64,000 nucleotides of DNA. Origin: Eubacterium sp. MSJ-33. Its GTDB lineage: Bacteria > Bacillota > Clostridia > Lachnospirales > Lachnospiraceae. How positions within the stretch are numbered: position 1 is the stretch's first letter; each line of letters begins with the position of its first letter. Of the stretch, positions 50,266 to 61,401 are shown in pieces. The translations under genes and the position numbers were made by a program. Below the pieces are notes generated by a model. The model was not told the origin of the DNA, did not search any database, and saw only the letters and a program-made list of their open reading frames with translations. The stretch spans positions 1 through 64,000 of the forward strand of contig NZ_CP076562.1 in assembly GCF_022174665.1 (NCBI RefSeq), written 5' to 3'.

Positions 50266-51549
50266 ATGAAGAAATACAAGGATATGAGTAAAGACGAGTT
50301 ATTGACATTAAAAGCCGCTCTTATGGAGGAATACAAGGAAGAACAGGCAAAAGGTCTCAGCCTGAATATGGCAAGAGGAAAACCTGGATTTGCCCAGTTG
50401 GCACTTTCCATGGGGATGTTAGATGAGATTAATAGCAAATCTGATATGCGTACCTTGCTTGGAAATGATACAAGAAACTATGGCGATCTGGATGGTATCG
50501 GAGAGTGCCGTCAGCTTATGGCAGACATGATGGAAGTCAAGAAGGAGAATATCATCGTATATGGTAATTCCAGTCTGAATGTCATGTATGATACCGTTTC
50601 CCGTTCGATGACACATGGTGTCAATGGTTCGACTCCTTGGTGCAAGCTGGATAAGGTTAAGTTCCTCTGCCCGGTACCTGGATATGACAGACATTTTAAG
50701 ATTACAGAGTTCTTCGGTATTGAGATGATCAACATCCCGATGAATTCCGATGGACCGGATATGGATCTGGTTGAGAAATATGTAAATAACGATGCCGCAG
50801 TGAAGGGTATCTGGTGTGTGCCGAAATATTCAAATCCAACCGGAATCGTATATTCCGATGAGGTGGTAAGAAGATTTGCAACATTAAAGCCGGCAGCCGA
50901 AGACTTCCGTATCTTCTGGGATAATGCATACTGCATCCATCATCTGTATAAGGATCAGCAGGCAGAAATCCCGAATATCTTAGAGGAGTGTGAGAAGGCC
51001 GGGAATCCGGACATGGCATATATGTTTGCTTCGACATCGAAGATTACATTCCCTGGTTCCGGTGTTTCTGCAATCGCAACTTCTACAACAAATGTAGAGT
51101 TTATCAAGCAGCAGTTGACTGTACAGACAATCGGTCATGATAAGATCAATCAGCTTCGTCATACAAGATTCTTCAAGAATATTGATGGACTGAAGGCACA
51201 TATGGAGAAACATGCAGATATCTTACGTCCAAAGTTCGAGGCAGTTTTAAATGCATTTGATAAAGAACTTGCGGGCTTGGAGATCGGTTCGTGGGTAAAG
51301 CCGCTCGGTGGATATTTCATTTCTTTTGATGCACTCGAGGGCTGTGCAAAGAAGATCGTAGCAATGTGTAAGGATGCAGGCGTGGTACTGACAGGTGCCG
51401 GTGCAACCTATCCATATGGCAAAGATCCAAAAGACAGCAATATCCGTATTGCTCCTTCGTTCCCATCTGTGGAAGAGATGGAAGCTGCATCGAAGATTTT
51501 TGTGCTTTGCGTAAAGCTTGCAAGTGTTGATAAATATTTAGAGTCATAA
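50266..51549 (+). CDS. class I/II aminotransferase-fold PLP-dependent enzyme
   Basis: SxSK PLP-lysine motif (ASTSKITFPGSG), fold-type-I layout; 427 aa. Confidence 0.7.
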   Translation: MKKYKDMSKDELLTLKAALMEEYKEEQAKGLSLNMARGKPGFAQLALSMGMLDEINSKSDMRTLLGNDTRNYGDLDGIGECRQLMADMMEVKKENIIVYGNSSLNVMYDTVSRSMTHGVNGSTPWCKLDKVKFLCPVPGYDRHFKITEFFGIEMINIPMNSDGPDMDLVEKYVNNDAAVKGIWCVPKYSNPTGIVYSDEVVRRFATLKPAAEDFRIFWDNAYCIHHLYKDQQAEIPNILEECEKAGNPDMAYMFASTSKITFPGSGVSAIATSTTNVEFIKQQLTVQTIGHDKINQLRHTRFFKNIDGLKAHMEKHADILRPKFEAVLNAFDKELAGLEIGSWVKPLGGYFISFDALEGCAKKIVAMCKDAGVVLTGAGATYPYGKDPKDSNIRIAPSFPSVEEMEAASKIFVLCVKLASVDKYLES

Positions 51550-51567
51550 GAGTAAAGGAAGTTAGAA

Positions 51568-52218
51568 ATGCCAAATATTTCGGGAAATTTTGACACATAT
51601 AAGGAAGAAAAAGACTCTGTGCGTTATTTCTTAAAAAAGATGGGGTGTGACATGAACACCGTTTTGGTTGAGAAATATGGTGGAGACAATGTCAGCGATC
51701 GCGCGATGATGGATGAAGCGGACGTGATTGCACGGTTTCCGGATGGAAAAACACTGCTGTTTGAAGTCAAACAGGAATCAACGGCACGGTTTTCAAAATG
51801 GGGTCAGCTTGGATTTGATATGATTTCTCAATTTCAATTTAAAGAAGGAAGAACCTTTGATAAAAGGGTACATCATCCAAGGGACTTTGAAAGGTTTATG
51901 TCTTGCGTGGATAAGGAACGACCGGATTTCAAGTGGGGGAAGGTCAGATATTCCGGGTCTGATATCTGGCTTTTCTATGTCAAGGACGAAGCGGGGCAGT
52001 ATGTTTTTTGCGAAGGTTATGATTTTGCAAAGATGAAAGAAAATACGATTATGGCATATCTGAGTTATAATTGTCCATTTGCGGTCAATAGTAAGAACAG
52101 CAGGCAGATGTCACATGAGGATACCTGGCAGTCTGCAACCTTCTTTGTATATCCAAGACAGATTGAACAGTATAAGATTACACCCGAATCTTTCCTTGAT
52201 TTATTGAATAGAGATTGA
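51568..52218 (+). CDS. putative type II restriction endonuclease (PD-(D/E)xK-like)
   Basis: D...LLFEVKQE motif; immediately upstream and co-directional with a DNA methyltransferase. Confidence 0.4.
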   Translation: MPNISGNFDTYKEEKDSVRYFLKKMGCDMNTVLVEKYGGDNVSDRAMMDEADVIARFPDGKTLLFEVKQESTARFSKWGQLGFDMISQFQFKEGRTFDKRVHHPRDFERFMSCVDKERPDFKWGKVRYSGSDIWLFYVKDEAGQYVFCEGYDFAKMKENTIMAYLSYNCPFAVNSKNSRQMSHEDTWQSATFFVYPRQIEQYKITPESFLDLLNRD

Positions 52219-52235
52219 AAAGGAACCCAATAGAT

Positions 52236-52952
52236 ATGAATACATGTAAGATCTATCAGGCAGATGCTTACGAGAAGATAAATGATTTGATAGAGGCGGG
52301 GATTACCGTAAATCACATTATTACTGATCCACCGTACAATATTTCAAAAGATAACAATTTTTCAACGATGAAGCATCCGCGGGCAGGTGTTGATTTTGGA
52401 AATTGGGATCGTGGAGAATTTGATTTGTACTCCTGGATACCGAAATATGCGAGGATACTTGATAAGAATGGTTCCATGATTATTTTTTGCTCGTACCGGT
52501 TTATCAGCTATATTATTGATGTGCTCGAATCCGAGGATGCAGATATGGTCGTGAAGGATATCCTGGTATGGCAGAAATCAAATCCGATGCCACGTAATAT
52601 CAAACGAAGATATGTACAGGATATGGAGTTTGCAATATGGGCTGTGAAGAAAAAGGCAAAGTGGGTATTCAATAAGCCCGATGACAAACCATATTTGCGT
52701 GGATTTTTTACGACATCTCTTGTGAGTGGAAGTGAGAAGCTCGGTCATCCGACACAAAAGAGTTTGAAGCTTATGGAGGATATTATTTCTATTCACACGA
52801 ATCCCGGAGATTTGATTTTGGATCCATTTATGGGAAGTGGTTCCACCGGGGAAGCAGCTTTGAAACAGGGACGGTGTTTTCTTGGAATTGAATATGATCA
52901 GACGTATTTTAATATAGCAAAAAAACGTCTGGAACTTATGAAAGATAAATAA
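52236..52952 (+). CDS. DNA methyltransferase, beta-class amino-MTase (N4-cytosine or N6-adenine)
   Basis: Motif IV IITDPPYN precedes motif I ILDPFMGSGSTG (beta-group order). Confidence 0.8.
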   Translation: MNTCKIYQADAYEKINDLIEAGITVNHIITDPPYNISKDNNFSTMKHPRAGVDFGNWDRGEFDLYSWIPKYARILDKNGSMIIFCSYRFISYIIDVLESEDADMVVKDILVWQKSNPMPRNIKRRYVQDMEFAIWAVKKKAKWVFNKPDDKPYLRGFFTTSLVSGSEKLGHPTQKSLKLMEDIISIHTNPGDLILDPFMGSGSTGEAALKQGRCFLGIEYDQTYFNIAKKRLELMKDK

Positions 52953-53139
52953 GCGAAACGGGAAATCAGAAAATTTCCCGTTTTTTAATGTGTGTTTTTT
53001 GGGATGATTTATGTTGAAAAAGACATACTAATTCCAGAATGCTGAATCCGAAATACGAGAATAATCAGACATTTGATATACCAGAAATGGCAGAAGTAAT
53101 TCTCGTATTTTTGATTCGTGAATAAATGGAGGAATTCGT

Positions 53140-54354
53140 ATGAAGGATCGAATCGAGACATTGAAGGAATATTTGAAGCGCCTTGGAGATGGAGAGCCGC
53201 TGGAAGCAGTAAGAAAAGACTTCGTGGAAGTATTTAAGGATGTTGATCCTGCGGAAATCATGAAGGCGGAACAGGAGATGCTTGCGGAGGGAACACCGCT
53301 TTCTGATGTGCAGAAGCTGTGTGATGTACATGCCGCACTCTTTCATGGAAAGACGCGGGAGGAACAGATTGCGAATGCGGAAAAGGCAGTGCATGCGTCG
53401 GTGTTACGGGAGGAGCGGGAGACAAAGACGCGGGAGCTGGCACAGACCAAAGGACATCCGCTGTGGCTGTTTGCAAATGAGAATGGTGCTCTTGCTATGC
53501 TATTGGAGCAGGCAGAGGAGAAGATCAAGGATGGCAGTGCGAATAAGAAAACGTTGGAATCATTGCGTGGCCTCTCGATTCACTATGCGAAGAAGGGAGA
53601 TCTCCTGTACCCGGTTTTGAATGTGCGGTATGGGATATCCGGACCGGCAAGTGTGATGTGGACGGTTGATGATGAAATCCGGGATGAAATCTCATTTCTT
53701 GCGAAGATGAATGATAAAGAATCCGAATGGCAGGAGCGGTTTGCAACGGTAGTAGCACGGGCACAGGAGATGATCTACAAAGAGGCAAATATTTTGTTCC
53801 CAAACTGTGCGGCAAATTTCACGGAGGAAGAGTGGATCGGTATCTACCATGACCAGAAGGATTATGCGGTCTGTTTTGGTGTGGAACCGGAGATCTGGCA
53901 GCAGGCGGAAGAATGTAAGTCTGGAACGGAAATTGTGTTATCGGACGCAGAAATCCGCATGCCGGGTGGACATCTGACGATCGAACAGCTAACGGCGATG
54001 TTAAACACGATGCCAATGGAAATTACATTTGTAGATGAGAACAATCTCAACCGGTTCTTCAACGAGGGACCGAAGGATTTCAAACGTCCGGGTATGGCAA
54101 TCGGCAGGGAAGTGTTCTCCTGTCACCCGCCGAAGATTGAAGTAAAAGTGCGTCGCATCATTGAAGAATTCCGTGCGGGAACTCTGGACGAAGTACCGGT
54201 CTGGATGGACAAAAACGGAAAATGTATGCTTGTCAGATACATGGCGGTACGGGATAAAGCGGGAAAGTATCTCGGTACGCTGGAACTGGTACAGGATATG
54301 GGATTTGCAAAGGAATATTTTCAGAAGAAGGAAGAGAAAGCGGAGCTGTGGTAA
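53140..54354 (+). CDS. DUF438/hemerythrin-like domain protein
   Basis: N-terminal DUF438-like MKDRIETLKEYLKRLGDGE...; HHE-type His/Glu positions. Confidence 0.5.
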   Translation: MKDRIETLKEYLKRLGDGEPLEAVRKDFVEVFKDVDPAEIMKAEQEMLAEGTPLSDVQKLCDVHAALFHGKTREEQIANAEKAVHASVLREERETKTRELAQTKGHPLWLFANENGALAMLLEQAEEKIKDGSANKKTLESLRGLSIHYAKKGDLLYPVLNVRYGISGPASVMWTVDDEIRDEISFLAKMNDKESEWQERFATVVARAQEMIYKEANILFPNCAANFTEEEWIGIYHDQKDYAVCFGVEPEIWQQAEECKSGTEIVLSDAEIRMPGGHLTIEQLTAMLNTMPMEITFVDENNLNRFFNEGPKDFKRPGMAIGREVFSCHPPKIEVKVRRIIEEFRAGTLDEVPVWMDKNGKCMLVRYMAVRDKAGKYLGTLELVQDMGFAKEYFQKKEEKAELW

Positions 54355-54382
54355 GTGGAGAAATAGCAGATACAGAGAGTAA

Positions 54383-54416
54383 GATCTCCCGGAAGTTATA
54401 TTCCGGGAGATTTTTG
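54383..54416 (+). terminator. rho-independent terminator
   Basis: atctcccgga...tccgggagat + ttttt. Confidence 0.5.
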
Positions 54417-54572
54417 CATGGGACAGTTATATTCGTAGATGGACTTTTGCCTGCAGATATGGTAATTTAGGGATAAGTTTAGAATAGATATAGCCATTTA
54501 TAAAATGGTACAGCGTAAAATAGAGAAAATATAGTACAGGAAGTTGGAAGACTGACGATGTGAGGCAGACAG

Positions 54573-55370
54573 ATGAACAAGATCGAGGAATATTATAATA
54601 AATTCAATGAGGAAAAACGATTAAATTCAAGACATGGGCAGATCGAGTACCGCATCACGATGAAATATATTCATAAATATCTGGATGTGCGGATGCAAGA
54701 GTTACAGGTTATGAACCGGGAAGATATCAGGATTCTTGATATCGGTGCAGGAACCGGACGTTACAGCGTGGCACTCTGTGAGGAAGGCTACGATGTGACG
54801 GCAGTGGAGCTGGTGAAGCATAATTTAGGTATATTGAAGCAGAAAAACAGCAACGTGCATGCGATGCAGGGAAATGCGCTGCATCTGAAAAAGCTAGAAG
54901 ACAATACCTACGATCTGACGCTTCTCTTCGGACCGATGTATCATCTGATGACGAAGGAGGAGAAGATTCAGGCACTCTCCGAAGCGAAGCGTGTGACGAA
55001 GCCGGGCGGAATTATATTGGTCGCCTATGTAATGAACGAGTATGCCGTGGTCGTATATGGTATTCAGGAGAACCATCTGGAGGAAAGTGTGAAGAATGGA
55101 ACATTGGATGCGTCATATCATACGGTACCTGCGGAGGATAGTCTGTATGCATTTGAACGGATTGAGGACATCGACAGCTACAATGAAGCGGTTGGATTGA
55201 AGCGGGAGAAGATTTTGTCACCGGATGGACCGGCAAATTATATCCGCCCATTTGTGAATCAGTTAAGTGAAGAGAGTTACGAGCTTTTCGTGGCATATCA
55301 GTTGAAGGTATGTGAGCGGCCGGATCTGATTGGCGCAGGGGCACATACGGTGGATATACTGAGGAAGTAG
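54573..55370 (+). CDS. class I SAM-dependent methyltransferase
   Basis: ILDIGAGTGRYS motif I, acidic residue after beta2 (DVTAVE). Confidence 0.7.
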   Translation: MNKIEEYYNKFNEEKRLNSRHGQIEYRITMKYIHKYLDVRMQELQVMNREDIRILDIGAGTGRYSVALCEEGYDVTAVELVKHNLGILKQKNSNVHAMQGNALHLKKLEDNTYDLTLLFGPMYHLMTKEEKIQALSEAKRVTKPGGIILVAYVMNEYAVVVYGIQENHLEESVKNGTLDASYHTVPAEDSLYAFERIEDIDSYNEAVGLKREKILSPDGPANYIRPFVNQLSEESYELFVAYQLKVCERPDLIGAGAHTVDILRK

Positions 55371-55383
55371 AGGAGAAGAAAGA

Positions 55384-56343
55384 ATGGAACAAGGAAGCTT
55401 GCCGGAGCGCTATCTGTCGCGTTCGGTGATTAAACATATACGAAGATTGAATCCGAAGCTTTCGGTATCGGCAGCAGTCGGAAACGATTATGCAAACCTG
55501 CATGGAAATATGAGTGCAGATGGTATCGGCGATACACCGTGGATCGCGTGGGTAAAGGCGATGAATAATTTTGCGTGCTCCGGCGGTCAGATTGAGGGTG
55601 CACGCCTTACGATGCTTTTTCCACAGAATGTAAAGGAGTCATGGATCAAAGGTTATATGGCAGATTTTAATTCCTATGCAGAAGCAAAGGGCATACAGAT
55701 CTTAGGCGGTCATACACAGGTGTCTGAAGTGTTTGCGCGGGCGCAGTTTGTTGTGACAATGCTTGGAACAGCATGCGATTACTGTGCAAATAAAAAGAAG
55801 ATCAAGCCGGGCTATGATATTGTGATGGTCGGGCAGGCAGGCTTGATGGGCGCGGATATAATCCTAAAGGAAAAGCGGGAAGAACTGCATACGCGGTTCC
55901 CGAATTTTTATCTGGATATGGCGTGTGTGGAAGAAAGTATGTATAGTATTACGGATGCAGCTCGCATGATTGTAGATTCTGGCGTGGATATCTGCTATAT
56001 GCACGATGGCTCGTCCGGCGGTGTCTATGGTGCCCTGTGGCAGATGGGTGTCTGGATGGATAAAGGCTTTGAGGTACAGCATGTGGATATACCAATCCGG
56101 CAGGAGACGATTGAAATCTGCGAGTTCTTCAATATCAATCCGTATCTCTTAGATGCAACCGGTTGCCTGTTTGTAGTTGTGGAAGATGGAGAGAAGCTGG
56201 TGGAATATCTGGCAGAGCAGGAAATGGAAGCCGCCGTGATCGGTGTTGTGACAGAGAAAAAAGAGAAGATGATCGTGGTAAATGAACTGGAACACCGGTG
56301 TCTGTCTCCGGTAAATGGAGATGAGATACATAAGGTGGTGTGA
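55384..56343 (+). CDS. AIR-synthase-related (PurM/HypE/ThiL-like) family protein
   Basis: PurM-like N- and C-domain pattern, GGHTQVSE. Confidence 0.55.
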   Translation: MEQGSLPERYLSRSVIKHIRRLNPKLSVSAAVGNDYANLHGNMSADGIGDTPWIAWVKAMNNFACSGGQIEGARLTMLFPQNVKESWIKGYMADFNSYAEAKGIQILGGHTQVSEVFARAQFVVTMLGTACDYCANKKKIKPGYDIVMVGQAGLMGADIILKEKREELHTRFPNFYLDMACVEESMYSITDAARMIVDSGVDICYMHDGSSGGVYGALWQMGVWMDKGFEVQHVDIPIRQETIEICEFFNINPYLLDATGCLFVVVEDGEKLVEYLAEQEMEAAVIGVVTEKKEKMIVVNELEHRCLSPVNGDEIHKVV

Positions 56344-56365
56344 ATGTGAACAGGTGAACTTACAA

Positions 56366-57049
56366 ATGAGTAACAAAAGAGGGAAACAACTGAATAAATA
56401 TGTACCGGACTATGTGCTATTTGATTTGGAGACAACTGGTATTTCTGCAAATTACGATGAAGTAATCGAAATCTCTGCTGTGAAGGTACGTGGCGGTAAA
56501 ATCGTGGATGAATTCAGCACACTTGTCAATCCGGGAAGAACGATTCCGTATGGAGCAAGCGCGGTCAATCACATCTATGATGAGATGGTGGCAGATGCAC
56601 CGGAGTTTGAAGAAGTGTTACCATTGTTCCTTGCATTTATCGGAAATGATATTCTGGTTGGACATAATATTGCGGCGTTTGATATGAAGTTTCTGTATCG
56701 GGACTTCGAGAAATATATGGGAGTGATACTTCCAAATGATTTCGTGGATACATTGCGCCTTGCAAAGATCGTATTCCCGGATTGGAAGCATCGGAGACTG
56801 GGGGATCTTGCGAACTATTATGGCATTTCTACGGTGGGCGCACATCGCGCATTGACAGATTGTAAGATGAACCAGAAGGTATTTGAATTACTTGGAAAAG
56901 AATTGTCCGGGGAAGGAACGATGGATGTATGGCAGAATGTCAAGACATGTCCGAAATGTGGAATGATGATGGTAAAACGAAAAGGAAAATTCGGCGAGTT
57001 CTGGGGGTGCAAGGGATTCCCGGATTGTCGGTATACGGAGAATATCTAA
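56366..57049 (+). CDS. DnaQ-like 3'-5' exonuclease (DEDDh) with C-terminal topoisomerase-type C4 zinc ribbon
   Basis: Exo I FDLETTG, Exo II HNIAAFDMKFL, Exo III HRALTD; C-term CPKCG...CKGFPDC. Confidence 0.7.
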   Translation: MSNKRGKQLNKYVPDYVLFDLETTGISANYDEVIEISAVKVRGGKIVDEFSTLVNPGRTIPYGASAVNHIYDEMVADAPEFEEVLPLFLAFIGNDILVGHNIAAFDMKFLYRDFEKYMGVILPNDFVDTLRLAKIVFPDWKHRRLGDLANYYGISTVGAHRALTDCKMNQKVFELLGKELSGEGTMDVWQNVKTCPKCGMMMVKRKGKFGEFWGCKGFPDCRYTENI

Positions 57050-57128
57050 GGTGCGGATAAGGGGAAACAGCAGGTTGCTTTTATCGTAAGCGGTTGTCTG
57101 CTAAGATAACATCATGGAGGTGAACGTG

Positions 57129-57893
57129 ATGGAAACAAAAAATGTGATTTTGGAACTTCGCACAAAGCGGGGATTATCACAGGATGAATTAGCCGAGAAA
57201 ATCATGGTGACAAGGCAGGCCGTATCGCGCTGGGAGAACGGCGAAACCGTGCCGAATACGGATACATTAAAGCTGCTGTCGAAAGTATTTGATGTATCGA
57301 TCAATACGCTGCTTGGACAACCGAGAAGACTGATCTGTCAGTGCTGTGGCATGCCGCTCGAGGATGAGATTATCGGGCATGACCGGGATGGGGCAATGAA
57401 TGAATCGTATTGCAAATGGTGCTATGCAGATGGCATGTACACATACAGTAATATGGATGATCTGATCGATGTTGCAGTCAAGCACATGGTGACGGATGAA
57501 TTTTCGGAGGAACAGGCGCGCGCTTATATGAAGGATCTGCTTCCGAAGTTAGACTACTGGAAGCGGTACGATGAACTGAGCGATGGCGGACAGTTCGATG
57601 AATTCAAACATCAGTTGATAAAAGAGATTAACGATCTTCGCATCGAAGGATTGCCGAAAGTGGAGAAGCTGAATGCACTCGTCGGTCAGTATGTGAATCT
57701 GGCATATCCACTACCGAGTGGGGAGACAGTAAAATTCTTAGATGACAAAAAAACCTATCTTGGCAATCAGTTGGAATGTGAGTTTGGTGGAGACCGGTAT
57801 TTCGGTGTGCTTGCAGGCATGGATTTCATTTTGGTGAGTACCTATGATGCGAGTGGTGAGAATCCGGAACTGGTCGTATATAAGAAACGGTAA
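57129..57893 (+). CDS. XRE-family HTH transcriptional regulator with Cys-rich middle region
   Basis: LRTKRGLSQDELAEKIMVTRQAVSRWENGETVP HTH_3 pattern. Confidence 0.65.
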   Translation: METKNVILELRTKRGLSQDELAEKIMVTRQAVSRWENGETVPNTDTLKLLSKVFDVSINTLLGQPRRLICQCCGMPLEDEIIGHDRDGAMNESYCKWCYADGMYTYSNMDDLIDVAVKHMVTDEFSEEQARAYMKDLLPKLDYWKRYDELSDGGQFDEFKHQLIKEINDLRIEGLPKVEKLNALVGQYVNLAYPLPSGETVKFLDDKKTYLGNQLECEFGGDRYFGVLAGMDFILVSTYDASGENPELVVYKKR

Positions 57894-57914
57894 TGATGAA
57901 TAGAAGCGTTAGTG

Positions 57915-57940
57915 AAGAGCCGAGTGATCGGCTCTTTTTT
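57915..57940 (+). terminator. rho-independent terminator
   Basis: agagccgag..tcggctct + tttttt. Confidence 0.5.
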
Positions 57941-58098
57941 GCATTTCGTCTGAAAAAGATAGAATTACGATTCAATCCGGTGTATAATTTAAAGATAAAT
58001 AAAATGCAGGAATATGTATGAACATGATACGGGGTAAAAGGCAGATTTCATGCATCCGATATCAGAGAAGCGAATGAAGAATCAGGGAGGGATTACAG

Positions 58099-59340
58099 AT
58101 GAAGAAGAAATTACTGACTGTAATGATGGCTGTGATGATGGCATTTTCGTTATCCGGCTGTGGCAATGACGTCATCGTGGATGTCGTGACGAACGATGTA
58201 GAAAACGGAAGCAATCAGGCAGATACTTCTAACGCAGGAACAGCGCAGGGAGAGCAGACAGCATCGGCACAAGTGGCAGAGACCAATCCGGCAGGGCTTA
58301 AGACGATTCCGTTAGAGGATGTCAAGATCGGTGTGTTGTATATCGGCAGTGCATCAGATACATCGGGATATACGTATGCACACGAGCTTGGAATTCAGGG
58401 TATGGTTTCAAATCTCGGACTTAAGGAAGATCAGGTTGTACGCAAGGAATCGATAGACGATGGCGATGATGTGGCAATCAAAAAAGCATTGGATGAATGT
58501 ATGGATGAAGGCTGCAACATTGTATTTACAACGAGCTGGGGTTACATGGAGGAGACCGCGGCATATGCGGAGAAATATCCGGATGTTTATTTTGCACACG
58601 GAACCGGATATATGAGCAATGGAAGCAATTTTACAAACTATTTCGGAAGAATCTATCAGGCGAGATATCTGTCCGGTCTGGTAGCAGGCATGAAGACAAA
58701 AAGTAATTTGATCGGGTATGTATCTGCGATGGGCAGCGACAACAGTGAGTGTACCGGTGGTATTGATGCATTTGCGATGGGTGTTGAGGAAGTCAATCCG
58801 GATGCGAAGGTGCTGGTGGCAGTGACGAACTCCTGGTTTTCTCCGGAAGACGAGCAGGAGGCTTCCGATGCATTGATTGGCAAGGGCTGCGATGTGCTGG
58901 CACAGCATGTAGATACGACAGCTCCCCAGACTGCATCCGAGGAAAACGGAACATGGGCGATCGGATATAATTCTGATATGAGTAAAGAAACACCGGATGC
59001 GACGCTGACATCGGTTATCTGGAACTGGAGTGCGTATTACACTTCCTATGTAAACAGTATCGTCAATGCGACATATGACGGTTCGAATTATTATGGTGGT
59101 ATGGACGAAAGTCTGGTCGGACTGACAGGATTATCTTCTCTGTGTGAGGATGGAACACAGGAGAAAGTAAATGAGATGCAACAGAAGATTTTGTCCGGCG
59201 AATTCGGCGTGTTTGACGGAGAAATCCTTACCAACGATGGAACTGTGATCGGAGAAGAGGGCAAGACATTGGACGATGCGACGATTACCGGTAAGATCAA
59301 CTGGTATTATCACAATGTGGAAGTCGTAGACTGGAAATAG
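58099..59340 (+). CDS. BMP-family (PnrA/Med-like) ABC transporter substrate-binding lipoprotein
   Basis: Lipobox LSGCGN; BMP family layout. Confidence 0.8.
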   Translation: MKKKLLTVMMAVMMAFSLSGCGNDVIVDVVTNDVENGSNQADTSNAGTAQGEQTASAQVAETNPAGLKTIPLEDVKIGVLYIGSASDTSGYTYAHELGIQGMVSNLGLKEDQVVRKESIDDGDDVAIKKALDECMDEGCNIVFTTSWGYMEETAAYAEKYPDVYFAHGTGYMSNGSNFTNYFGRIYQARYLSGLVAGMKTKSNLIGYVSAMGSDNSECTGGIDAFAMGVEEVNPDAKVLVAVTNSWFSPEDEQEASDALIGKGCDVLAQHVDTTAPQTASEENGTWAIGYNSDMSKETPDATLTSVIWNWSAYYTSYVNSIVNATYDGSNYYGGMDESLVGLTGLSSLCEDGTQEKVNEMQQKILSGEFGVFDGEILTNDGTVIGEEGKTLDDATITGKINWYYHNVEVVDWK

Positions 59341-59351
59341 GGGGGATAGCC

Positions 59352-61067
59352 GTGAAAATATTTCGCAATTTGAAGCTGCAGTACAAGATGCTTATACTGG
59401 CTATCATTCCGGTACTCGTCATGGGTATTGTAGCGATTCTCATTAGTAATACCGTTGTTAAAAATAAATTGCTGGATGATGCGAAGCAGAAACTGAAAGC
59501 GACATCCAACGCGGTGCTTGCGGCGTATGATCAGAATGCCGGAGATTATTTTGTGAATGCGACCGGGGATGTGTGGAAGGGTGCTTACAACGTATCGCTG
59601 TCTACGCCTTTTATCGATGATATTGCTGCAAAAACCGGGATTGCGGTTACATTCTTTTACAACGACACGCGACTTGTGACATCGTTAAAGGATGCGGACG
59701 GGAAGCGGATCCTTGGTTCCAAGGCAGGCGATTTCCTGGTGGAAAATGTCCTGCAGGATGGCAATGAGGTGTTTACCAATCGTGTGCTGGTAGATGGTAC
59801 TTTCTATTTTGGATATTATGTGCCGGTGCACCAGAATAACAGTGATGAGATCATCGGTATGGTTTTCGCCGGAATGCCGGTCAAGGAGATATATGCGAGC
59901 CTGAATTTGATTACCATGATTTTTACAGTTGCGATTGTTGTTATACTGGTAATCGCGGTCATCGGATGTCTGCTTGTTTCCAGGGGAATCGCAAAGAGTA
60001 TCCGGAGCAGTATGGACGTGGTAAAACAGATTTCGGAAGGCAATCTGAATGTTGAGATCGAGCAGAGTATGTTGGATAGAAAAGATGAGGCGGGAGCTTT
60101 GTCATGTAATACGCAGACACTTATCGACAACTTATCTGCGATGATTGGCAAGATCAGCAACAATACCATGACCTTGAATGCATCTTCCGAGGAGATGAAT
60201 GCGGCTGCCGGACAGGCAGGCAATGCGGTTGGAAATATCAACGATGATCTGCACAATATGCTGACCGGAGCTGTCGAGCAGACCGGCAACGCACAGAATA
60301 TCAAGAACAGCATTCACAATATGAATATCCATCTGGAAAAGACGCTCGGGGAAGTGGATCACCTTTCCGATGAGACAAAAGCGATGCTTGACGCCAGAAA
60401 TGATGTGGATAAATCGTTGAACCAGCTTGATGCTTCGAACCAGGATGTTATGACTGAAGTTGAGAACATCCAGAAGCAGACGCAGCAGAATAATGAATCT
60501 GTGGAAAAGATCATTGCTGCAGTCACTTATATTTCCGACATTGCGGCTCAGACAAATCTCTTATCCCTGAATGCGTCGATTGAAGCAGCCAGAGCAGGGG
60601 AAAGCGGCAGAGGTTTTGCTGTAGTAGCGGAAGAAATCGGTAAGCTTGCTAATCAGAGTAACGAAGCATCTACAGAAATATCCGGTCTGGTGAATCTGTT
60701 AAGTTATAATTCCAGTCAGACGATGGAGATTATGGACAGTGTACAGGATGCGATGAATGACCAGACGAAGAAATTAGTTGACACTGCCCAAATTTTCAAG
60801 CAGTTACAGGAGCATGTATCCCATGTTGCAGATGGTGTGGATATCATTCGTGATGCAACGGTACAGTTAGGCAAAGAGACGGACGAGATCGGAAAAGATA
60901 TCAAGAACTTAAGTGATATCGCACAGAGAAATGAGGATACGGTTAAGGGAACGATTTCCTTTAGTGATGAGGTGCTTGGCACAGTAAACAGCGTGACCGA
61001 GATGTCGACGGAAGTCAGCTCATCCGCCAATGATATGGCAGGCGTGGTTTCACATTTCCGTATGTAG
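59352..61067 (+). CDS. methyl-accepting chemotaxis protein (periplasmic Cache-like sensor, HAMP, MCP signalling domain)
   Basis: Two TM segments, highly conserved MCP motif [28 protein letters not shown]; GTG start. Confidence 0.85.
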   Translation: MKIFRNLKLQYKMLILAIIPVLVMGIVAILISNTVVKNKLLDDAKQKLKATSNAVLAAYDQNAGDYFVNATGDVWKGAYNVSLSTPFIDDIAAKTGIAVTFFYNDTRLVTSLKDADGKRILGSKAGDFLVENVLQDGNEVFTNRVLVDGTFYFGYYVPVHQNNSDEIIGMVFAGMPVKEIYASLNLITMIFTVAIVVILVIAVIGCLLVSRGIAKSIRSSMDVVKQISEGNLNVEIEQSMLDRKDEAGALSCNTQTLIDNLSAMIGKISNNTMTLNASSEEMNAAAGQAGNAVGNINDDLHNMLTGAVEQTGNAQNIKNSIHNMNIHLEKTLGEVDHLSDETKAMLDARNDVDKSLNQLDASNQDVMTEVENIQKQTQQNNESVEKIIAAVTYISDIAAQTNLLSLNASIEAARAGESGRGFAVVAEEIGKLANQSNEASTEISGLVNLLSYNSSQTMEIMDSVQDAMNDQTKKLVDTAQIFKQLQEHVSHVADGVDIIRDATVQLGKETDEIGKDIKNLSDIAQRNEDTVKGTISFSDEVLGTVNSVTEMSTEVSSSANDMAGVVSHFRM

Positions 61068-61092
61068 GATTTATATAATAGAAAAAATGAAG

Positions 61093-61128
61093 AAGCGTTG
61101 GTTCAAAATGATGAACCAGCGCTTTTTT
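61093..61128 (+). terminator. rho-independent terminator
   Basis: agcgttggttca / tgaaccagcgct + tttttt. Confidence 0.55.
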
Positions 61129-61401
61129 GTGTGTTGAGCTGGAATGCAGAAATTGTGCTTGCACAGATTTGTATATGATGGCTGATATTCATTGAGATCA
61201 TAAGTGAGATGCCGTAATGAGCTGGAAGAAATTTGACTTAGATTTTACATGGTTTCCACAGAAACATGATAGTAGGGTGTTGTATTCCAATTTTATAATA
61301 GAGCAGAAATTAGAGGGAGCATCAGGAACAATGTGAATGATCCCAAATGCGACCGACACTCTGCCACCGAGTGGCAATATATTCAAAGTGAGGGAAAGAA
61401 T

